Below, one piece after another: positions 57,651 through 64,000 of a DNA stretch of 64,000 nt (positions are counted from its first letter, which is position 1; the number at the start of each line of letters is the position of its first letter). This DNA is from Candidatus Latescibacterota bacterium (GTDB taxonomy: Bacteria > Latescibacterota > UBA2968 > GCA-2709665), in contig OZ220733.1 of NCBI GenBank assembly GCA_965116875.1, positions 3,552,001 to 3,616,000 of the forward strand, written 5' to 3'. The position numbers and the translations under genes are program-made. Below the pieces are notes generated by a model that was not told the DNA's origin, did no database searches, and was given only the letters and a program-made list of their open reading frames with translations.

Positions 57651-58577
57651 ATGGATGTCCCCAGAACAGGCGACAACATTCTGGAACTTATTGGCGCAAC
57701 GCCCATGGTCCGGCTGAATCGTGTGGCGGATCCCGATGGTGCGGTTGTCTGGGCCAAGCTGGAGGCGTTCAACCCCGCGGGAAGCGTGAAAGACCGGACG
57801 GCGCTGGCCATGATCGAGGCGGCGGAAGCGCGCGGCGATCTGAAGCCCGGGATGAGGATCATAGAGCCCACAAGCGGGAATACGGGCATCGGCCTTGCGA
57901 TGGTGGCTGCCGTGAAGGGGTACAGGCTCACGATCACGATGCCGGAAGGCGTCAGCGACGAGCGCCAGAAACTGCTCAGGGCGCTTGGCGCCGAGGTGGT
58001 GTTGACGTCGACGTACGAAGGGATGCAGGGCACGATAAAGAAGGCGCTGGAACTGGTTGAGGATGGTACGGAATGCTATATGCCGCAGCAGTTCGAGAAC
58101 CCGGCCAATCCGGAGATTCACCGCCGGACCACCGCGCGCGAGATTCTGATGCAGATGGAAGGGGCGCCCGACGCATTCGTCGTGGGCGTGGGGACGGGAG
58201 GCACGGTCACCGGCGTGGGAGAGGTCTTGAAGGCGGAGGATCCGGGAACCTGCATTGTCGGCGTTGAACCGGAGGATTCCGCGGTGCTTTCGGGCAGACA
58301 ACCCGGACCCACGGAGATCGACGGGCTGGGGGCCGGGATGATCCCGGACGTCCTCAATGTGGACATTCTGGACCGCGTCGTTCCGGTTACCAATACACAG
58401 GCGCGACGGATGTCACGCAGGCTGGCGAGGGAAGAGGGCATCCTGGCAGGCATTTCTTCGGGGGCGGCAGCCCACGCGGCCGCAGCGATCGCCGCAGGTA
58501 TGTCGCCGGATGAACGCGTGGTCGTGATCCTGCCGGATACCGGCGAACGCTACATGGGCGCATATCTCTATATGTGA
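57651..58577 (+). CDS. cysK: Cysteine synthase A
   Basis: NPAGSVKDR, EPTSGNTGIGLA, QQFENPANP, GVGTGGT, PDTGERY. Confidence 0.93.
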   Translation: MDVPRTGDNILELIGATPMVRLNRVADPDGAVVWAKLEAFNPAGSVKDRTALAMIEAAEARGDLKPGMRIIEPTSGNTGIGLAMVAAVKGYRLTITMPEGVSDERQKLLRALGAEVVLTSTYEGMQGTIKKALELVEDGTECYMPQQFENPANPEIHRRTTAREILMQMEGAPDAFVVGVGTGGTVTGVGEVLKAEDPGTCIVGVEPEDSAVLSGRQPGPTEIDGLGAGMIPDVLNVDILDRVVPVTNTQARRMSRRLAREEGILAGISSGAAAHAAAAIAAGMSPDERVVVILPDTGERYMGAYLYM

Positions 58578-58586
58578 GCGAATCCC

Positions 58587-58640
58587 GAAAAGAAAAACGC
58601 GCCTGATGTCTCCAGGGACACCGGGCGCGTTTTTCTTTTC
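58587..58640. terminator. Bidirectional terminator between cysK and rpsT
   Basis: AAAAACGCGCCTG...CGGGCGCGTTTTT with flanking A and T tracts. Confidence 0.75.
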
Positions 58641-58652
58641 AAGGGGTTGCGC

Positions 58653-58904
58653 CTACAAGGAATTCGCCCGCCGCGCGAGGTCCGATTTGTATCGGGCAGC
58701 GGTGTTTCGATGTAGGACGCCTTTTTTCACACTCCTGTCGATGACCGATACGGCCTGCGGCATCAGCGTTTCCAATTCCCCTCTGTCGCTGGTACTCGAT
58801 GCTTTCTTGAGGGCGGTTCTCAGCTCGGAACGCGCGCTCCTGTTACGCAGACGGGCTCTTCGGTTCTGCCGGAGCCTCTTGTGGGACGATTTGAGCGTGG
58901 GCAA
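58653..58904 (-). CDS. rpsT: 30S ribosomal protein S20
   Basis: KSSHKRLRQN, KGVLHRNTAARYKS. Confidence 0.93.
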   Translation of the reverse strand: MPTLKSSHKRLRQNRRARLRNRSARSELRTALKKASSTSDRGELETLMPQAVSVIDRSVKKGVLHRNTAARYKSDLARRANSL

Positions 58905-59136
58905 CGCCTACCTCCTTCGTGCTCCCGCATACGGGAACGGACATTTCAAAAAAGATCAGAAATCGAAACAAGACAATGTAACAGAAAACGGTACGTTACA
59001 CAACCGTTTTATTGAAATCCGCGATGTCGGTGTTCCGGCGATGCTTCAGGTTACGGGAGATGAACGAGACCTCTCCCGTCTCCCCGCATTCAGGCTCTCT
59101 GTCGCCAATTTGACGGCTGTTTTTCTTGAGTCGAGG

Positions 59137-60057
59137 TCAATTGACTTTCAGCAACTCAACGTCGAAAATGAGGGTCGAGCCCGGAGGAATGCGCGCGTTC
59201 GGCCGGTCGCCGTAGGCGAGGCTGGAAGGAATATAGAAGGTGTATGCGGCCCCTTCCTTCATCAATTGCAGGCCTTCGGTCCACCCCCTGATGACGCGGT
59301 TGAGCGGAAACGTTGCCGGTTGTCCGCGCTTGAAGGAACTGTCGAATTCGTTGCCGTCCAGGAGGGCGCCCCGGTAGTGTACGGTCACTGTGTCTGTGGC
59401 GGAGGGCGATTTACCGGAACCCTCCCGGGTTACTTTGTACTGAAGGCCGCTGGGCAGCTCCACGACGCCGGTCTTTGTCCTGTTTTCCTCCAGAAACCGC
59501 CTTCCCTCCTCTTTGTTCTTCATTGCCATTTCTCCAATGTTTGGCCGCGGGCCCCGCGCCTTCATCTGTTCCTGCTGCCGGGCGATCATTTTTTGCCTCA
59601 GCGACGCCATGGCCGCCTTGATCTCGTCTTCGTTCATGCGGCCGTCTGCCTTCGTTACCCGGTCCTTGACTCCAAGCGAGAACGCATCGGGATCAACCTC
59701 AACTCCGGCGTTCTGGCGCAGTCCGTTTACAATGTCCCTGCCTACGGCGTAACCGAGTGAATAGTTGAGTTTCCGGCTGTCCTGCACGTCTTTCTCCTGG
59801 CGAAAGGCCAACAGGGTCTGCTCGATTTCTTCGCGGGTGTACTGGGTCCCACCGCCCGCCGCAGCTTCCCTGACGCCTTTTCCGTATGCATCGGCGTCGA
59901 GTGCGATCTGCGTTTTCTCCAGGCCTTTCGCAACTTCCTCGCCAATCGTGAATCCCAGGCTGTAGCTGGTTCTCTCGTCTTCCGTTGCCAGTTCCTTCTT
60001 TTCCGCTTCGCAGGCGAAGAGAAGCAGCGAAACAAGCAATATCCATCCTTTTCTCAT
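59137..60057 (-). CDS. FKBP-type peptidyl-prolyl isomerase lipoprotein with duplicated FKBP_N domain
   Basis: Lipobox LLFAC; two SYSLG/NYSLG segments; PSGLQY, VHYRG, FDSS, VIRGWTEGL, LIFDVELL. Confidence 0.9.
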   Translation of the reverse strand: MRKGWILLVSLLLFACEAEKKELATEDERTSYSLGFTIGEEVAKGLEKTQIALDADAYGKGVREAAAGGGTQYTREEIEQTLLAFRQEKDVQDSRKLNYSLGYAVGRDIVNGLRQNAGVEVDPDAFSLGVKDRVTKADGRMNEDEIKAAMASLRQKMIARQQEQMKARGPRPNIGEMAMKNKEEGRRFLEENRTKTGVVELPSGLQYKVTREGSGKSPSATDTVTVHYRGALLDGNEFDSSFKRGQPATFPLNRVIRGWTEGLQLMKEGAAYTFYIPSSLAYGDRPNARIPPGSTLIFDVELLKVN

Positions 60058-60173
60058 TGAACTCTCCTGACTGATGACGTGATGACGCGAGGTTTTTCGG
60101 CCCTGTCGAACTGGATCGCGAATGAAATGGGTTCGACGCCGGGCGCCCGATTGCAAATAGATGCCGGTTACCT

Positions 60174-60941
60174 TCAACGGATGTAGATCCCGCCGTTGGC
60201 GTCGATAATCTCGCCCGTAATGAAGCTGCCCTGTTCGGAGGCGAGGAGCATGACGGCGCCGACCATTTCCTCAGCCCGGCCGACCCGCTTCAGCGGTGTG
60301 GCTTGTCCGAAGGATTCAAGCTGCTCCGGTGTGGAGTGCCGGTGCTGCATCGGCGTGTCGATCACGCCTGGCGCCAGGGCATTGACCCGGATGCCGAACG
60401 GCGCAAGCTCCTTTGCGAGTCCCCGTGTGAACGTATTGACCCCGCCCTTTGCCGTGCCGTAGGGCAGGGTGCCTCCCCCTCCGCCCGTATGGCCGGCAAC
60501 GGAGGAAATATTGACGATTGCGCCGGAGCCGTTCTTCTGCATGGCGGGTATGGCCGCGCGGCAGCACAGGAACACACTCTTCAGGTTGACGTTGATCATA
60601 TGGTCCCAGAGTTCTTCCGGGCACTCGGCAATGCGCGCCTTGTCCATCCACTGTCCGGCGTTGTTGATAAGCACGTCCAGCCGGCCGACGAAGGTTTCCA
60701 TGGTATGGTCCACCATTCGCTGGACGTCCGCCCCGCTGCAGACGTCCGTCTTCAGGGTTTCAACGCGGCCTTCCAACGACGCGGCCTCTTCACTAAGCGC
60801 GTCCGCGCCGGCCCTGTTGCTGTTGTAGGTGGCCACGACAGACGCGCCTTCGCCTGCAAGGGCGAGTGCGACGGCCCTCCCGATTCCGCTGCTGGCGCCT
60901 GTAACGATTGCGACTTTCCCTGTGAACTGCCCGTGGCTCAT
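60174..60941 (-). CDS. SDR family oxidoreductase
   Basis: TGASSGIG, NNAG, YGTAK, RVNALAPG. Confidence 0.9.
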   Translation of the reverse strand: MSHGQFTGKVAIVTGASSGIGRAVALALAGEGASVVATYNSNRAGADALSEEAASLEGRVETLKTDVCSGADVQRMVDHTMETFVGRLDVLINNAGQWMDKARIAECPEELWDHMINVNLKSVFLCCRAAIPAMQKNGSGAIVNISSVAGHTGGGGGTLPYGTAKGGVNTFTRGLAKELAPFGIRVNALAPGVIDTPMQHRHSTPEQLESFGQATPLKRVGRAEEMVGAVMLLASEQGSFITGEIIDANGGIYIR

Positions 60942-61001
60942 ATCCGTCCTCTCTCCGCGCCGAACTCCATAATATCCGCTTGCCGTGTCGGCGAGATCGT
61001 C

Positions 61002-61790
61002 TCAGTCCTTGTCAAAGAGCTTCTTCCAGTCCGAAAACGCCATCTGTCCGCCGTCCGCAACGAGGGTCTGTCCGGTGATGAACCGGGCGTCGGCGGTCGT
61101 GAGAAAGTGTACGATACCCGCGATTTCCCCGGGTTCGCCGTAGCGGCCCTGCGGTATCAACTTGAGGTAGTTGTCCAGGGTTTCCGTGTCGTCCAGCAGG
61201 TCGTCGTTCGCCGGCGTGTTGATGACGCCCGGGCATATGGCGTTCACGCGTACGTTGTGCGGCGCCAATTCTCCCGCGGCGGTCCGGGTAAGGGCCACAA
61301 GCGCCGCTTTGGATGAGTCGTACGCGGCGGAGCCCTTGCTGGACACCATGGCATTGCGGGAAGCGATGTTGACAATCACGCCGTCGCCCCGCTCGATCAT
61401 CCCGGGCGCCACTTCGCGTGTCAGGATGAACGGGGCCGTGGTATTGATCCGGTAGATCTCCTCCCATCGGTCCAGGGCGATGTCGACCAGGGGTTCGTAG
61501 CACCAGGCGCCTGCGTTGTTGACGAGTACGTCGATGGCGCCATGCGCCCTGACGAGCCCGGACACCAGGTCGGGGATGGCCTCGAGGTCGTTCAGGTCGA
61601 AGACGCACGGGATGGTGTTGGGAACACTTCCGGCCAGTTGCTTCAGCGCGCGCCCGGAACGATCCAGGGCGATAACCCGGCGCCCCTCATCGGAAAACCG
61701 CCTGGCAATGGCTTCGCCGATGCCGCTGGCGGCGCCCGTGACGAACGCGAGGGTGCCCGATCTCTCCATGGACTGACCTTGATGCGTCAT
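61002..61790 (-). CDS. SDR family oxidoreductase
   Basis: TGAASGIG, NNAG, YDSSK, RVNAICPG. Confidence 0.9.
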   Translation of the reverse strand: MTHQGQSMERSGTLAFVTGAASGIGEAIARRFSDEGRRVIALDRSGRALKQLAGSVPNTIPCVFDLNDLEAIPDLVSGLVRAHGAIDVLVNNAGAWCYEPLVDIALDRWEEIYRINTTAPFILTREVAPGMIERGDGVIVNIASRNAMVSSKGSAAYDSSKAALVALTRTAAGELAPHNVRVNAICPGVINTPANDDLLDDTETLDNYLKLIPQGRYGEPGEIAGIVHFLTTADARFITGQTLVADGGQMAFSDWKKLFDKD

Positions 61791-61846
61791 TTCTCAGGGA
61801 CATTCAATGGAAAATCCGTTTCGTAGTCTCGTATTCTCGTAGCTTC

Positions 61847-63049
61847 TTACAGCCACCCCGCAACGGTCCACATGGCGCTGAGGCGGCCGAAGGAGGCGTT
61901 GAGCAATCCATTGGCGTCGGCCACGGGATCGCCCCCGTAGTAGCGGTTGAATTCGGCGCGAATGCGCTCTTCCAGGCCCGTGGTCCCGTTCAGCGGGATG
62001 TCAACCCAACCGCCTCCGGTTTCGGCGCTCTCGCGTAACGCCACCCACATTTCATAGTCCAGCCGTCCGCCCTCCGCACCGTACCGGAGGCCGGCGTTCC
62101 GCGTGACGGCCGTGTGGAGACTCTCCACAATGGCGGCTTTGGCCACGTCGTCCTGGCTGGAAATCCTGCACTGTTTGTAGGGGTTTTCCCAGGCGATGGG
62201 AGGATCCGTGTCCACCTGTACCCTGGCGAGGACCCGTTCGCCGTCGACTTCCTCGTGAATCTCACGGATGGGGTACGTGTTGCGCCCGTCTGTACTGTAA
62301 AGGGTCAGCTCGCCGCCGGACAGGTAGCCGTTGACCCCTTCTATGTCCCAATTCATGCCGGACGCCGCGCCGGGTGTGGTGGGCATTTCGTAGATGCACG
62401 CCACATCGTTCTCGAATTCGATCACGCCGCTTTCCCACCAACGGGTTGTTTCATCTCCCCCGCCGTAGTTTCTGTAGGGCGGAACCTCGACGGCCTGTGC
62501 GTATCCCATCGCTCGTCTCGGCTTGCTGTCCAATATCATGCGGACGGCGTTCAGGCCGTGGTAACTGCCGGCCGGATACCGGAGACGCGCGTGGGTGAGC
62601 CTTCCCAGGACGCCGGCGCGCGCGATTTTCTGTTTGAGTTGCTCGTTGGGCCAGAGCCAGACGTTTTCCGCGACTTCCCATTTCAGACCCTTCCCGCTTG
62701 CCGCGCGGGCGATTGCGTCACCCATGTCCAGCGTGAGCGCGTAAGGGATTTCGGTAATGACGTGGCAACCGTGTTCAATGCCCGCAAACGCTGCAACCGT
62801 CTGGCCGTCGGTGGGGAGCAGGACAAAGAAGACATCGGGCTTCTGTTCATTCAGCAGTGATTCAATGCACGTGTAGCGCGCCGGAACGTCGAACAAATCA
62901 CCCGCCGCGTTCAGGGCCTCTTCACCGGCGTCGCAGATGGCGCAGAGGTCGTACAGGTGCGATAGCTTCTTTATCGTGGCGAGGTAGCCTCTGGCGCGGG
63001 AGCCGGCTTCAACGCCGACACCGGCGACGGCCATCCGCAACGTGGGCAT
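61847..63049 (-). CDS. Gfo/Idh/MocA family oxidoreductase
   Basis: N-terminal Rossmann fold, AICD, ITEIP (EKP-like), VAEN. Confidence 0.75.
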   Translation of the reverse strand: MPTLRMAVAGVGVEAGSRARGYLATIKKLSHLYDLCAICDAGEEALNAAGDLFDVPARYTCIESLLNEQKPDVFFVLLPTDGQTVAAFAGIEHGCHVITEIPYALTLDMGDAIARAASGKGLKWEVAENVWLWPNEQLKQKIARAGVLGRLTHARLRYPAGSYHGLNAVRMILDSKPRRAMGYAQAVEVPPYRNYGGGDETTRWWESGVIEFENDVACIYEMPTTPGAASGMNWDIEGVNGYLSGGELTLYSTDGRNTYPIREIHEEVDGERVLARVQVDTDPPIAWENPYKQCRISSQDDVAKAAIVESLHTAVTRNAGLRYGAEGGRLDYEMWVALRESAETGGGWVDIPLNGTTGLEERIRAEFNRYYGGDPVADANGLLNASFGRLSAMWTVAGWL

Positions 63050-63070
63050 GGGACGGGTTCCTCAACTCTA

Positions 63071-63233
63071 GTGTTCTGTCCCGGAAATTCCTCACCATTC
63101 GGCCGCCGATTCATCCCGTCTCGCTGCGTTCCCCTCGCTCGCCGACCATACGCAGGTCGCCTGCGCTCGGGCGCCTTGCGAGCCGGGCGACTCGGCGGTC
63201 GAATTCAGGCAACTTATTTCCGGGACAGAACAC
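63071..63233. mobile_element. MITE family M3 (163 bp) with perfect 18-bp terminal IRs
   Basis: GTGTTCTGTCCCGGAAAT ... ATTTCCGGGACAGAACAC, preceded by CTA; no transposase. Confidence 0.75.
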
Positions 63234-63278
63234 GAACTTTCGTTTACGCCCGGCTTGACGATACCAACCACGGATTTT

Positions 63279-63398
63279 TCGTAGTCTCGTCTGTTCGTAG
63301 TCTCGTTTGTTCGTATTCTCGCAGCCTCGATTTACGAAGCTACGAAAGAGCAGAAATACATCATTCGTCTTCTGGTTTTCTCGTAGTCTCGTAGTTTC
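63279..63398. repeat. Degenerate octamer tandem repeats (TCGTAGTC-like)
   Basis: TCGTAGTC TCGTCTGT TCGTAGTC TCGTTTGT TCGTATTC TCGCAGCC; similar units at 61821-61846. Confidence 0.7.
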
Positions 63399-63401
63399 AT
63401 T

Positions 63402-64000
63402 TCAGACATGGTCCTCCGCGCGGTCCTGGGGGACAAAACCGAGAACCTCTCTGGCATGACCCATGTCCACCCAGCAATACCTGTTGTTGGAAATGGCGTA
63501 GAATATGTCGAAACGGAGATCGTCAGACGCGTTGATACTGTCTTCTGTGATCTTCACGACGTCGCGCTGGCTGCACCACACCGCGGCGAGTTCCGGGCTG
63601 GCCGGCCGGTCTTCGGCGTTTACCGCACCGATCCGAAGCGAGATGCATGAAAGCCCATGTGCGTCCGAGTAGAATCGGCACAGGGCCTCACCCCAGACCT
63701 TGCTGGCGGAATAGGGTTCCGTGGGCCAGGTCGGGTGTTTGTGGGTGACGATGGGGATTGGATCGGGAACCTCGTCGAACCGGCTTTCTTTTATGGCCTT
63801 GTAGGGTTCCTGGGTCTGATAGCCCCAGTTGGTCATGATGGAACTGGCGTAAATGATTCGTCTTACGCCCGCGAGGCGGCAGGCTTCGAAGACGTTATAG
63901 GCTCCGATCACATTGCTGTTCAGTATGTTGTCCCAGCTGGCTTCAGGCCGTGGATCGGCGGCCATCTGAACGACGGTGTCCATGCCGTCAACCGCGTTCC
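63402..64000 (-). CDS. NAD-dependent epimerase/dehydratase (uronate dehydrogenase-like); 5' end outside the window
   Basis: NVIGAYNVFEA, YASS, YSASK, LRIG, DMGHAREVLGFVPQD. Confidence 0.8.
   Translation of the reverse strand, partial: NAVDGMDTVVQMAADPRPEASWDNILNSNVIGAYNVFEACRLAGVRRIIYASSIMTNWGYQTQEPYKAIKESRFDEVPDPIPIVTHKHPTWPTEPYSASKVWGEALCRFYSDAHGLSCISLRIGAVNAEDRPASPELAAVWCSQRDVVKITEDSINASDDLRFDIFYAISNNRYCWVDMGHAREVLGFVPQDRAEDHV

Overview
GC-rich bacterial chromosomal window. GWxTD, DUF4292/TPR lipoproteins and the many Gfo/Idh/MocA, AKR, UxuA-like and PhyH paralogs suggest an FCB-group organism such as Latescibacterota or Gemmatimonadota (inference only). The left third is catabolic/accessory: SolA-like oxidase, tandem UxuA-like dehydratases, a heparinase II/III-like protein, an amidohydrolase-fold + Rieske pair, a PhyH-PhyH-nitrile hydratase cluster and a B12 radical SAM enzyme. 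The middle holds envelope proteins and housekeeping genes (hpf, purF, rnr, sodN, groES/EL with CIRCE, moeB, mrp, iscS, ftsY, parAB, ppdK, tRNA-Lys). The right holds a sulfur cluster (cysH, cysM, JAB peptidase, MoaD/CysO, Rrf2, cysK) interrupted by higA genes, then rpsT, an FKBP and oxidoreductases. Best leads: (1) a PhyH-family Fe(II)/2OG enzyme with a halogenase-type H-S-G motif, paired with an H-R-D paralog upstream of a Co-type nitrile hydratase; (2) a lipoprotein with SLBB, 31 gap-free 9-residue repeats and a CAP domain; (3) a sulfur-carrier pathway with a GG-RC tail and a Cys-less rhodanese-MoeB; (4) three MITE-like families that sit at stop codons, two sharing a structured core, plus GTAG REPs and candidate structured RNAs. 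All family assignments come from motif recognition by eye, and many start codons were re-picked from RBS context.
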